From IMG/VR virus record IMGVR_UViG_3300011480_000001, positions 1-64,000 of that record: 64,000 nt of DNA. One strand, written 5' to 3'. Position numbers and translations under genes: made by a program. Of the stretch, positions 36,060 through 45,440 are shown piece after piece. Every line of letters begins with the position of its first letter. Position 1 is the first letter of the stretch. The notes under the pieces are model-generated. The model saw only the letters and a program-made list of their open reading frames with translations. It had not been told where the DNA came from and did no database searches. The stretch is from a virus (taxonomy: Duplodnaviria > Caudoviricetes).

Positions 36060-36268
36060 CTATTTTCGTTATAATCTATCAAATTTAGTGCGTATTCCGT
36101 AATATCTCCAAACTGATAGGTCTTTACATCAATATATTCAGAGTTATCTGAAATGAAGATACATGCCGTACACATATCTTCTTCCACGTACATACCTTCA
36201 AACTCATCATTGCTTTTATATCGAACCATCCCTGTTAAGGGCGTGTCGCAACATTTACATCTAGACAT
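36056..36268 (-). CDS. small Zn-finger protein
   Basis: CKCC...DMCTAC; AGGA RBS. Confidence 0.7.
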   Translation of the reverse strand: MSRCKCCDTPLTGMVRYKSNDEFEGMYVEEDMCTACIFISDNSEYIDVKTYQFGDITEYALNLIDYNENS

Positions 36269-37016
36269 TTCTGATAAATCCTATTCCTTTTTCATATTGA
36301 TTTGGGTCTTTACCAGATTTACTACGATTGCATGTTGGACACAAAAGCTGTAAATTATCAGGCCAGTGACTTCCACCCTTACACAAAGGCATTATGTGGT
36401 CAATATGATAACCTGTGTTATCAAACAAGGCATCACAATAGACACACTGACCTTCTTGATTCATGTAAAGGAGTTGAATGTCCGCATTACTAAAATGGCC
36501 ATCAGCTTCTAATTCACGCTTACGTCTAAGCTGGCTGTAAATCTTAGCCCAAGGTTTGTAATTTTCTTTGTTTTCTTTTACACATGCAACGCAAAGTCCT
36601 GTCTCAGTAGATCGTTTAGAAAGGTGATTGTTTTTACATGGTAATTTAGTATCATAAAAAGGCTCATCGAGTTCCTTAGCTATCTCTTTGGTTCTTGGTA
36701 AAATATCCAAATCTTCTGAACCAAAGGTGTAGTTCGTCAACAAACCTGTCTTTTCTGTATCTGAAACTTCTGATAAAGTTTCTCTAATAAACCGCAGAGC
36801 TTCTTTTGCTTTCTCTTTCTTGGCAACTCTATTTTCAGCCCGTTCTTCCCATTGGAATGAGTTTTCAGCTTTATGTTCTTCAAGACATTCACAACATTTG
36901 TTTGTAGAAACATACCTATCTGAAATATGACCTTTAATACATGCTTCACCAGTAAAATAGAAAACTAACCCAAGCTCTTTGGCCTCTTTTCTTGTGATTA
37001 TTTCCACAATTACCAA
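36261..37016 (-). CDS. HNH endonuclease with two N-terminal Zn-binding repeats
   Basis: CVYC...HIDHIMPL.KGGSH...NLQLLCPTCNRSK. Confidence 0.85.
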   Translation of the reverse strand: MVIVEIITRKEAKELGLVFYFTGEACIKGHISDRYVSTNKCCECLEEHKAENSFQWEERAENRVAKKEKAKEALRFIRETLSEVSDTEKTGLLTNYTFGSEDLDILPRTKEIAKELDEPFYDTKLPCKNNHLSKRSTETGLCVACVKENKENYKPWAKIYSQLRRKRELEADGHFSNADIQLLYMNQEGQCVYCDALFDNTGYHIDHIMPLCKGGSHWPDNLQLLCPTCNRSKSGKDPNQYEKGIGFIRNV

Positions 37017-37090
37017 AGCTCTTGTAACTTAAGAGCACATAGTATATCATGAAAGTCTCAAATTACAAGTAGCTTGCTAATAAATTTTAA

Positions 37091-38446
37091 CTATTTCTTA
37101 TCCACCTTACAAAATGTCTTATCACCTAACACTTCTTCCCAAGCTGAATACATAGCCTCACGAAGATCGTGTTCAGCAGAAGCTTTTACCAAACAACTAT
37201 CGTGATACACCAAAACTGTATGATCCTTCTGCACCATCGTTTGAATAATGTTCATCATAATATCGGAGTCAACCTTTTGAAGAACAACACCTTTATCTTT
37301 GTAGAAGCTTTCAGAAATCAAGTCGTTGTGTTCTTTGATTGCAGACAAAATCCTTTTGACAGGAATTGTGCCTACGACACCTACAAACAGCTTTTCTTCT
37401 TGCTCTTTCTTTTTAGCATCATCCCTCACTTTACCGCTCATAGCACCAACAGCTTGTGCTTCATCTACAGAGTTGATACCGATCAGTATAGCAAGCTTTG
37501 CAAGATTACGCAAAGGATTGTATGGCTTTCCAATCAGCTTTGATTGTTTTTCAATCTCAAATTGATCTACCTGCACAAATGACAAGTCTGCATCATACGG
37601 ATTGAAACCTTCCCCGAATAAATCGTAAACATTCATCCCATCCTTCAATAGCATCTGATAACAAATATTAGGATGTATAGCACTGAAATCCAGTTCAACA
37701 ACAGGTTCACCATCAATTGTGAGATATTCATTACGTAGACGTTGAGGAAGTAATTGAACACCTCCACCAGCAGCATAGATACGACCAGCTACATGCATTG
37801 TATCTAAGAATACACGTTTGTATTCAACAGTTGCAATCTGCTTACCATTGTATTTAATATCTGCTTCTTTTAAACTTGAGTTATACGTATCCATCTTTTC
37901 TCTTGCCTCTTTAATTCCGATTTTACCGCGAGTACCTAGTTCATCTCCCGTTTTACGATTCCTCACTTGTACTGAATCATCTACGCGGCACTCAGTAAAC
38001 AAGTCAACAGGGGGAATGGATGACCAAAGGTCTGTAAGCCTCTTTCTGAAAATCACACAAGATGAAATCACATACTCAGGGACTCTCTTACCGTTCTCAT
38101 ATCTCCAAGAGTCAACAAATCCTTTATAGATATGGATATACGCCTTCTCTTCCAAGAATTGAAGGAGAGCTTTAACACCTCTATACCCAATCTTAGCTTT
38201 GTTACCCGTGTAATAACCAGGATCTAAGGATACTCTCATTCCTTCTGCTTTGTTATTAATAGCTCTTGCCATATTAGATACGAACCACTTAACAGCAATG
38301 CTCCATTCTCCTTCTGTGTGAGTTAAGAGAGAGTCAGTGATGTGTTGGTAGTAATCAGACTGATGGTAGTGTAGATAGGTATTGGAACAGCTTAAGGATA
38401 TCCCATGTCTATCTAGTGTACTCATATTACTTAGTTCATAAATCAT
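37091..38446 (-). CDS. minimal family-A polymerase-like protein (PolA / T7 RNAP fold)
   Basis: GRIY, motif A ELDFSAIHP, motif B RNLAKLAIL, motif C VYHDS; no exonuclease domain visible. Confidence 0.65.
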   Translation of the reverse strand: MIYELSNMSTLDRHGISLSCSNTYLHYHQSDYYQHITDSLLTHTEGEWSIAVKWFVSNMARAINNKAEGMRVSLDPGYYTGNKAKIGYRGVKALLQFLEEKAYIHIYKGFVDSWRYENGKRVPEYVISSCVIFRKRLTDLWSSIPPVDLFTECRVDDSVQVRNRKTGDELGTRGKIGIKEAREKMDTYNSSLKEADIKYNGKQIATVEYKRVFLDTMHVAGRIYAAGGGVQLLPQRLRNEYLTIDGEPVVELDFSAIHPNICYQMLLKDGMNVYDLFGEGFNPYDADLSFVQVDQFEIEKQSKLIGKPYNPLRNLAKLAILIGINSVDEAQAVGAMSGKVRDDAKKKEQEEKLFVGVVGTIPVKRILSAIKEHNDLISESFYKDKGVVLQKVDSDIMMNIIQTMVQKDHTVLVYHDSCLVKASAEHDLREAMYSAWEEVLGDKTFCKVDKK

Positions 38447-38625
38447 TGTATCCTCAAGAGAGATGTATTGTTATTAGTAAGATAGTAGAGTGATAAGACA
38501 TATGGTGTATTGTCTAACACGAAAGCCTACACCCCACGTAGCATAAGGGCTACAGAGGAGTTTCACTTCTCATAGTTCATTTTTTGATCAATTCTAGCTA
38601 GCTCTCTAAGCTGCCTTGTCCTATC

Positions 38626-38705
38626 ATTCTACCTGCTTTTTCATCCACGTCAAGCTAAAAATTCATAAAAATAAATGTTGCATTCTGGATTCCCCGTGAT
38701 AGAAT
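38626..38705. promoter_or_regulatory. divergent sigma70 promoter pair at the strand switch
   Basis: Minus: TTGACG-16-TAGAAT; plus: TTGCAT-16-TAGAAT with TGn. Confidence 0.65.
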
Positions 38706-38736
38706 GACACCATCAACAAACGAATGGAGGTGTTTT

Positions 38737-38901
38737 ATGAATAAGAAAGAATTGCAAAATCTGTATCAAAAGGCTTGGGAAGAATGGTATCATCGTATTG
38801 TACCTAGCGGCGACTGCTCATCTGTACAAGACCAATGGCTTGACAGCTATGACTATGAAGATTTCTGTATTGAATATGACACTTATGAAGAGGAGAAATG
38901 A
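38737..38901 (+). CDS. hypothetical protein
   Basis: GGAGG RBS before MNKKE. Confidence 0.7.
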   Translation: MNKKELQNLYQKAWEEWYHRIVPSGDCSSVQDQWLDSYDYEDFCIEYDTYEEEK

Positions 38902-38902
38902 A

Positions 38903-39145
38903 ATGAACATCAAACAATTTATCGAATTCTTGCAAACCCTTCCACAAGATGCTATTGTACAAGTGCTTTCTCACTACAGAAGCAATAATTACTACGAACA
39001 AAGTGGTTACTGTGACGTGGATGAGTTTACTACTGAGTGTAAAGAAGGTAATCAAGGCGACAAATGGGCTTATGGTGAACATTATGAGCTTACAACAGAC
39101 AGTGGTGGACAAATGTATCTTCAATTGGGAGTGATGGATAAATGA
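38903..39145 (+). CDS. hypothetical protein
   Basis: AAGGAG RBS before MNIKQFIEFL. Confidence 0.7.
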   Translation: MNIKQFIEFLQTLPQDAIVQVLSHYRSNNYYEQSGYCDVDEFTTECKEGNQGDKWAYGEHYELTTDSGGQMYLQLGVMDK

Positions 39146-39687
39146 AAATTACATTGTGCGGTAGTGCGCGTTTTGAAGAGTATTTCAAGTTTTGGAATGA
39201 AATGTTGTCCCTTGCAGGACATACGGTTTACACCTTAAGTGTTTATCCTAGCCAAAAGGAGAAGGGTAAAGACTGGTACTCAGAAGAAGAGAAGAAAACT
39301 CTTGATCAAGTGCATTTAGATAAGATTGCAAATTCTGAGGCTATCTTTGTGATTAATCCGTTTGCATATATCGGGGAGTCTACTCTGAAAGAAGTACAAT
39401 TCGCCAGTAATACAGGAAAAACAATATTTTTCCTTGAGTCTTGGGGTAAAGGTAACGGTATCTATGGTATGCATTACGATCATGTTCAGAAATTGAAGCA
39501 GTGGTTCGGTATTGATGAGGGGTATGGTAGTCCAATTGACACCTCAAAAGACCACCTACCACATTCACCTAAACTACTCGGATATGGTGCTAGCAAGATT
39601 AGGAGCATGATCTTTACCTGCGAGAAGATGTTTGAGCTTTCTTTATACGATAAAGCAGGTATTGAAGTCCCTTTGGATAAACTTTGA
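39142..39687 (+). CDS. nucleoside 2-deoxyribosyltransferase-like fold protein
   Basis: KITLCGS.RF...H..KI..S.AIFVIN...YIGEST..E. Confidence 0.55.
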   Translation: MKITLCGSARFEEYFKFWNEMLSLAGHTVYTLSVYPSQKEKGKDWYSEEEKKTLDQVHLDKIANSEAIFVINPFAYIGESTLKEVQFASNTGKTIFFLESWGKGNGIYGMHYDHVQKLKQWFGIDEGYGSPIDTSKDHLPHSPKLLGYGASKIRSMIFTCEKMFELSLYDKAGIEVPLDKL

Positions 39688-39699
39688 GGATGTTAAATC

Positions 39700-39876
39700 A
39701 TGAAAACAGTATCTAATACACCGAATGGTTGGGCTTGGTTTGTAGAACAAGTAAAATCAATGATGTTGGAATCTGGAAATTCCAATCCACTGGACGCTGA
39801 TCTATACTCAATCATGATGCGAGAATATTACATTCTTGGGAAAACTCCGCAGGATTTTGTGAATAGGGAGAAATGA
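39700..39876 (+). CDS. hypothetical protein (58 aa, below ORF-track cutoff)
   Basis: GAGGA RBS; MKTVSNTPNGWAWF... Confidence 0.6.
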   Translation: MKTVSNTPNGWAWFVEQVKSMMLESGNSNPLDADLYSIMMREYYILGKTPQDFVNREK

Positions 39877-39877
39877 T

Positions 39878-40039
39878 ATGACAGAGACTAAAGATTCAGC
39901 CTTCTCAGAATTCTTTCGTAATGCAACAGAGGAAGAGAAACGTAAGGTTTACCAAGAAGTTATGGAGAAAGCTACCCAAAGTCAGCTTGACACATTGAAG
40001 GAAATAGAAGAGAGTAATAGGGAAAAACAACCTAAATAA
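39878..40039 (+). CDS. hypothetical protein (53 aa)
   Basis: GGAG RBS; SAFSEFFRNATEEEKRKVY. Confidence 0.6.
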   Translation: MTETKDSAFSEFFRNATEEEKRKVYQEVMEKATQSQLDTLKEIEESNREKQPK

Positions 40040-40130
40040 ATCGTGCAAACACCTAAGCAGTGGGGTAGGATGGAAAACAAGAGAAGTCGTTTATTTAGGC
40101 TGTAAAACACGAGTAAAAGAGGAGATTTTA

Positions 40131-40310
40131 ATGAAAGAACAGATTAAGATCATGATGGAGTCAGCTCAATATCGTCTTCACATGGCTGAATACAATTATG
40201 GAGATAATGAGGACTACTCAGCTTACGACAAGATTCGTCAACTAGAGTACCTTGTGCAGGCATTGAACGAAGCTTACAATGCAGCAGTAGCTTTGGAGAA
40301 TCTTAAATGA
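40131..40310 (+). CDS. hypothetical protein (59 aa)
   Basis: GAGGAG RBS. Confidence 0.6.
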   Translation: MKEQIKIMMESAQYRLHMAEYNYGDNEDYSAYDKIRQLEYLVQALNEAYNAAVALENLK

Positions 40311-40392
40311 AATGGTCTGACCTACTGACAACAAAAGATATTGAAAACCTGTTAAAATTAGCATACTATCGTACTTTTAAAGGAGAGAAGAA

Positions 40393-40767
40393 ATGAGCGA
40401 CGTACAAAAAGTTGTAAATGAGATTAACGAGAAACTGTTCAACGACCCTATATCTGAGACTGACTACTTCCGTTACCTTGAATACACAACTACACCTATT
40501 GGTGACTTCGTTAAATATATGGGGCACTTCATCTGGGACTCTGAGAATGATTACCGTGAATGGATTGATGATGAACAAGAACCACTGGAAGGTTATCTAG
40601 TCAAACAGATGATTGAAATCAATAAAGTAATTGTTAGCAGTCTTCGTGTTCTTGACAAACGATACAAAGCAATTGCCAAAGTAATGGATAACCGCTTGAA
40701 AGGTGATGGGTTGCGTGCAAATATTCTAGAACGCACACAAGAATTTGTAGATGGGCAGCGTAAATGA
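40393..40767 (+). CDS. hypothetical protein
   Basis: AAGGAG RBS. Confidence 0.75.
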   Translation: MSDVQKVVNEINEKLFNDPISETDYFRYLEYTTTPIGDFVKYMGHFIWDSENDYREWIDDEQEPLEGYLVKQMIEINKVIVSSLRVLDKRYKAIAKVMDNRLKGDGLRANILERTQEFVDGQRK

Positions 40768-40976
40768 AACCTAAGATTAGAAAAGTCAAGTGTATTGTTT
40801 ACTTCGAACCCGATAAAATTGAAGGTCACACGCCAGTTCCAGGTTATGAGGTTGTGCAAGAAACGGAATACGGTTATACTTTATGCGGTCTAGGTAAGAC
40901 AGTCGAGGAAGCTTGGCAAGATTACCTAGACACTAAACAACATCAAATAGAAGTAGAAGAGGAGCTTTGGAAATGA
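40764..40976 (+). CDS. hypothetical protein
   Basis: ATGA coupling; GKTVEEAW motif. Confidence 0.65.
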   Translation: MKPKIRKVKCIVYFEPDKIEGHTPVPGYEVVQETEYGYTLCGLGKTVEEAWQDYLDTKQHQIEVEEELWK

Positions 40977-41185
40977 GTGGTAAATTTGCAAGCTTGGTAA
41001 TGGTGGATCGTCAGTCAGATAATCTAGACGAAGAATGGGGTCGTGGTTTTAAAGGCATCACCCATCTTGAGTTTGAGACAGTACAAGATGCACGACAATT
41101 CTTCCTTGAGCAAGACGAAGTTTATCAAGAAGGGATATTTAAAGATACTCGATTTGTACTTGTTCCATATATGGGTAAAAAATAA
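40973..41185 (+). CDS. hypothetical protein
   Basis: ATGA coupling, AGGAG RBS. Confidence 0.65.
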   Translation: MSGKFASLVMVDRQSDNLDEEWGRGFKGITHLEFETVQDARQFFLEQDEVYQEGIFKDTRFVLVPYMGKK

Positions 41186-41237
41186 TGAACGAAGACAAGA
41201 TCATAAATTTTTATGAAATTAATGGAGGGACCATGGT

Positions 41238-41579
41238 TTGATTTACATTCTAGCTTGGCTAATCTGTGGTGTTTGCAGTTTCTATCTACTCAAATCCTTC
41301 CTCTATCGCATCACAGAGGAACAAGGAGGTTTATCCCATTGCATTCAAGAGTTGTTTGAGCAAATGGACAAGGAAGAGATTGAAAAGGGCGGTTTCGCAG
41401 ACGAAACCTGGAAATTAGCAGATGAAAATACGATGTTGGCTGTCGTTCATACGCTATTTCTTGTAATGAACCTGATTATTTGGCCATTGGTACTTGCAGC
41501 TTTGCTTTATTGGATGTATACTGGTGCTACTTGGGGTGTCTTGGTCTACGACCAGCCTGATTTACTAGAAGGGGAGTGA
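41238..41579 (+). CDS. membrane protein
   Basis: Two hydrophobic segments; GGAGG RBS. Confidence 0.65.
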   Translation: MIYILAWLICGVCSFYLLKSFLYRITEEQGGLSHCIQELFEQMDKEEIEKGGFADETWKLADENTMLAVVHTLFLVMNLIIWPLVLAALLYWMYTGATWGVLVYDQPDLLEGE

Positions 41580-41782
41580 AAATGTACACAAGACACCACG
41601 TAGTTTACGAAATTTATAATCATGAAGAAGGGACTATTACATTCTTTGAACACTATGAAAATGTAGAACATTGGGAACAAGATAATGAGAAGAATCCTAA
41701 TGGTTATCAAGATTATGGTCTTCGAATTACAACATCAGCAGAAACGGATCTTTGGTATAAATCGTCTGATAAACAAAACTAA
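41576..41782 (+). CDS. hypothetical protein
   Basis: Coupled ORF with GGGGAG RBS. Confidence 0.65.
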   Translation: MKMYTRHHVVYEIYNHEEGTITFFEHYENVEHWEQDNEKNPNGYQDYGLRITTSAETDLWYKSSDKQN

Positions 41783-41799
41783 TCAAAAGGTAAATTAAA

Positions 41800-42006
41800 A
41801 TGCTAAAAATTAAAGAGATTAAACATGGTCAGATTTTCTACGGCATCGACGATAATGGCGAACCTTACGGATTCAAAGCTTGGGGTGATGCGACTAGGAT
41901 TGACGGGGTTTGGACTGTTGAAGGTGAATGTAGGGCTAACTATTCGTACACATTTACAGAAGAAGATGAACCTATCCTCTTTCTAACTGATAGTTTGGAA
42001 GACTGA
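41800..42006 (+). CDS. hypothetical protein
   Basis: In operon; AAGGT RBS. Confidence 0.65.
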   Translation: MLKIKEIKHGQIFYGIDDNGEPYGFKAWGDATRIDGVWTVEGECRANYSYTFTEEDEPILFLTDSLED

Positions 42007-42028
42007 TATGACAAAAGGGGTTAATTAA

Positions 42029-42313
42029 ATGAGTAACGTCCTCAAACATGCTATGTTAACGTTATACCGCGATAGTCCAGAAATCTTGTATTGTCTTCAA
42101 CAAATAAGCTATGATACACTGAACGTAAAGTTTCAGAAAGAATTGGACGCTAGGATTGATAGGAATACGTACAATAAAGTTGAAGAATTCCTTGCAACTG
42201 ACGATTATTTGAACTATTGTACAGCAATAAGTGAGGCAAGTATGTCAATGACACAAGACATTGCTAAGCTTCTTGAATTTGTTTTACATCCGAAAGAGGG
42301 GGAATTGAACTGA
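42029..42313 (+). CDS. hypothetical protein
   Basis: AAGGGG RBS. Confidence 0.65.
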   Translation: MSNVLKHAMLTLYRDSPEILYCLQQISYDTLNVKFQKELDARIDRNTYNKVEEFLATDDYLNYCTAISEASMSMTQDIAKLLEFVLHPKEGELN

Positions 42314-42675
42314 TGGCGATGACAGCAATCATAGCAGCAAATAATGCAAGAGAATCAGCTAGACGAACAGAGGAATGTAAACTTTATGTTCAAGGATTTG
42401 ATAGTAAAATAGCGTCGGTTGCTGAACAGAAGCATTATGCGGGTTGTGTTCAAAGATTGAACCCAGATCCAGTAAATGAAAGTGAATTGTTAGTAGGTAA
42501 AGCTTGTGTGCTGGTACTGCTTGTAGCCTTCATAGCTGGTGTGATATTTGGTTGGAAATCGGAGGGGAACATTATAGATGCTGTGTTGTGTGGTGCCCTA
42601 TTCGTAGTAGGTCTTGCTGTAGGTGTGCTTTTGCTAGGACTACTTGTAGCAGGTGTGATGTTTTTGTTTAGTTAA
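42313..42675 (+). CDS. membrane protein (two C-terminal TM helices)
   Basis: Hydrophobic C-terminal half; TGATG coupling. Confidence 0.7.
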   Translation: MAMTAIIAANNARESARRTEECKLYVQGFDSKIASVAEQKHYAGCVQRLNPDPVNESELLVGKACVLVLLVAFIAGVIFGWKSEGNIIDAVLCGALFVVGLAVGVLLLGLLVAGVMFLFS

Positions 42676-42742
42676 GGGTTGACGGCAAGCAAGATTTATG
42701 AAACAATGATTCTGCAAGGCTATAATATTTAAGGAGAAAAGA

Positions 42743-43117
42743 ATGATTAAAAAGCTAGCACGAGTGAGTAAAGCAGGGTTTGAGATTCAAGAACGTGGTA
42801 TTCTGAATTTCTGGGTGTTTGTAGACTATGAGGAAGGTTGTTCTCAAGGTGTAGGTGGTATTGTACTTGATGAATGGAATGAAGAAAAGCGTGAACGTGA
42901 GGGTACTGCTTATGGTTGTGAAATGATCCGTCAACTTCTCTTGTTCTTTGGTGTAAACAACTTGACTGACATTAAGAAAGATACTATGGTTTATGTACTT
43001 GGTGAGGGAGATGGATTTGGTTTCCAACCCAAGGGTTTTGAACATCTGAATGTGCTTCGTGGTAATCTTCCAGAACGTATTGTTTTTGAAGAAATTGCTA
43101 AAGAGTTTATTAAATAA
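42743..43117 (+). CDS. hypothetical protein
   Basis: AAGGAG RBS. Confidence 0.75.
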   Translation: MIKKLARVSKAGFEIQERGILNFWVFVDYEEGCSQGVGGIVLDEWNEEKREREGTAYGCEMIRQLLLFFGVNNLTDIKKDTMVYVLGEGDGFGFQPKGFEHLNVLRGNLPERIVFEEIAKEFIK

Positions 43118-43128
43118 GGAATCAAAAT

Positions 43129-43920
43129 ATGGGTAGCAGCCGTGGTCATCTAGTTGTGGTTAACGACGAAGAAGTGTTTGTTCCTCGAAATAATACACGG
43201 AAAAAGAAAGAAGCAACTGGTAGGGGTAAACCAGAAGTGAAAGAAAAGTTTGAAGAGGAACACAAGGCTAAACCAATCGTCGCAAAGAACGAGAACCAAA
43301 AGAAGTATCTGCACAGTCTTCAATTCGATACTGTATCAGTAGGGAAAGGAAGTGCAGGTTCAGGGAAAACTTGGTGTGCTGCTGCTGTAGCCGCTAACAA
43401 ATACCTAAAAGGTGAGATTAAGCAGATTATTGTGGCTCGTGCTTACGTGACTATGGGCAACAGTACAGGTTTTTGGCCTGGTACTGTGGAGGAAAAACTT
43501 CTGCCGTTTGTTGCACCAATTCTGAACACGATTAAAGAAAGGATTGGTGATGCTAAATATCAAGCGGAGTTTATGAAAACCATTAAAATTCAACCCCTTG
43601 AAGCGATAAGAGGCATGAGTTTTCCAGCAGGAACTTATCTGTTGGTGGATGAATCGCAGAACCTAACAGTCGAGGAAGTTCGTTCGATTGTTACGCGCTT
43701 GGAGACTGGTTCACAGGTGGCTTTTTGTGGGGACGATAAGCAACGAGATGTAAAAGGTATCTCGGGTATTGTCTATCTTGCAAATTTGATTAAAAAGCAT
43801 TCTCTTGAAGGTTGTTCTGTGGTAGAATTTACACCAGCGGATATTGTGCGCTCGGGTCTTACAAAGGCGTTTGTGGAAATCTTTGAACAGGAAGGGCCTG
43901 CATCAGAGGTTAAGGAGTAG
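43129..43920 (+). CDS. phoH: PhoH-family ATPase
   Basis: GSAGSGKT, GFWPG..EEK, RG.SF, DESQN, GD..Q.D, DIVRS. Confidence 0.93.
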   Translation: MGSSRGHLVVVNDEEVFVPRNNTRKKKEATGRGKPEVKEKFEEEHKAKPIVAKNENQKKYLHSLQFDTVSVGKGSAGSGKTWCAAAVAANKYLKGEIKQIIVARAYVTMGNSTGFWPGTVEEKLLPFVAPILNTIKERIGDAKYQAEFMKTIKIQPLEAIRGMSFPAGTYLLVDESQNLTVEEVRSIVTRLETGSQVAFCGDDKQRDVKGISGIVYLANLIKKHSLEGCSVVEFTPADIVRSGLTKAFVEIFEQEGPASEVKE

Positions 43921-43922
43921 AT

Positions 43923-44558
43923 TTGAGAGATTTAACTAATGAAAGATTCGGAATGCTATTAGTAGAGAGTCGGTCCGAAGAGAAACACAAAAGCGGTAGT
44001 ATTATTTGGAACTGCATATGTGATTGTGGTAATCAAATTTCACTGCCGTCACCTCGACTAATCCATTCGGGTAAAACAGATTGTGGTTGTCAGCCTAGAA
44101 AACTGAAAAGTCATGGAATGTACAACACACCTACTTATCGTTCATGGGTAAAACTATGCTGCCGTACAAGATATGATGAATATGCAGAATGGCACGGTGA
44201 TGTAGAAGTTTGTGAGAGATGGGATACTAGAAAAGGTGGCAGCTTCGACAATTTCTTAGAAGATATGGGAGAACGTCCCGAAGGTAAGACAATTAACAGG
44301 ATCAACGGTGCTAAGATTTACTCTAAAGAAACGTGTGAATGGGCTGATCTAAGTTTACAAGCTTTCGACCAGAGGAAAAAGAAAAATAATACTTCAGGTA
44401 AATCTGGTGTAAATTGGAATAAGGAAAAATCAAAATGGGAGGTTAGGATACACCAGAATGGTAAAACTATTCGACTAGGCTACTATGATGATTTTGAACT
44501 TGCTTGTTTTGTGCGTGAAGAAGCTGAACTAAAATATTATGGTTTTATCAAGGAGTAA
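43923..44558 (+). CDS. HNH/AP2 homing endonuclease (possibly degenerate)
   Basis: WNCICDCG, VCERW...F..DMGERP, NNTSG..GV.W, R..AE..Y. Confidence 0.8.
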   Translation: MRDLTNERFGMLLVESRSEEKHKSGSIIWNCICDCGNQISLPSPRLIHSGKTDCGCQPRKLKSHGMYNTPTYRSWVKLCCRTRYDEYAEWHGDVEVCERWDTRKGGSFDNFLEDMGERPEGKTINRINGAKIYSKETCEWADLSLQAFDQRKKKNNTSGKSGVNWNKEKSKWEVRIHQNGKTIRLGYYDDFELACFVREEAELKYYGFIKE

Positions 44559-44562
44559 CAAT

Positions 44563-45375
44563 ATGTCAGAAGAATTTATGATGCCAATGCTACAACCACT
44601 AGGTTCAAAAACCTTTACTACCGAAGTTCGTGGTCAACAACACACTTACTATCTCACTGGTGATGTGACAGAGCCAGATAACTACGTGGATCTTTGCAAC
44701 CTGCTTCGTTCCTGTTCGCCGCAAGACGAGGTGCTGATCCGAATCAACAGCCGAGGTGGATCTGTAGCAAGTGAACGAATGATTGTCAACGCGATTCAAG
44801 AATGTCAAGGTACCGTAGTTGCTTATATTGAGTATTTCTGTATGAGCGCTGCAACAGGAATCTTCTTGGCGGCGCACCATCATGCATGGGCTGAACATAT
44901 TCAATTCATGGTGCATTGCGCATTCTGGGGATCAATCGGTAAAAATCCTGACGTTAAGAGTCAGACAGAGTTCGGTGTAAAACAACTTGAAGAAGAAATT
45001 AACTCGACGTACAAGGGGCTACTCAGCGATGAAGAGCTAATTCAGTGCAACGAGGGGAAAGAATTCTGGTTTGGTGCAAAAGAACTAGAAGAACGTATGA
45101 AAAGTTTCCTTGAATATCGTAATTCTCTTCCTTGTGATTGCGGGTCGCCTGAATGCCCTCGTAGCCCTGAGAATATGGCTCTACTTGAAGAGGAAGAAGA
45201 TTTCGAAGTTCCAACTCTTGAGGATATTATCCAAAAGGCTGTAGAGGAAGGTGTGACCAAAGCTCTTGCTGAACGTGATCGAAAGGAAGCAAAAAAGAAA
45301 CCGGTAAAGCCAAAAGAGCCTAAAGTCCGAGTAATTAAAAACGAAAAAGTAATTTCTGGTGGTATTGAAGAATAA
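44563..45375 (+). CDS. ClpP-like protease
   Basis: INSRGGSV, CMSAAT (catalytic Ser), FMVH; start moved to MSEEF after AAGGAG. Confidence 0.85.
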   Translation: MSEEFMMPMLQPLGSKTFTTEVRGQQHTYYLTGDVTEPDNYVDLCNLLRSCSPQDEVLIRINSRGGSVASERMIVNAIQECQGTVVAYIEYFCMSAATGIFLAAHHHAWAEHIQFMVHCAFWGSIGKNPDVKSQTEFGVKQLEEEINSTYKGLLSDEELIQCNEGKEFWFGAKELEERMKSFLEYRNSLPCDCGSPECPRSPENMALLEEEEDFEVPTLEDIIQKAVEEGVTKALAERDRKEAKKKPVKPKEPKVRVIKNEKVISGGIEE

Positions 45376-45381
45376 AACCAG

Positions 45382-45410
45382 TTGACAGAAGATAGTGTGT
45401 CGCTTAGAAT
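45382..45410 (+). promoter_or_regulatory. sigma70 promoter
   Basis: TTGACA-17-TAGAAT. Confidence 0.75.
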
Positions 45411-45440
45411 TCAGGGCACACTTGATTGAAAGGAGATATT

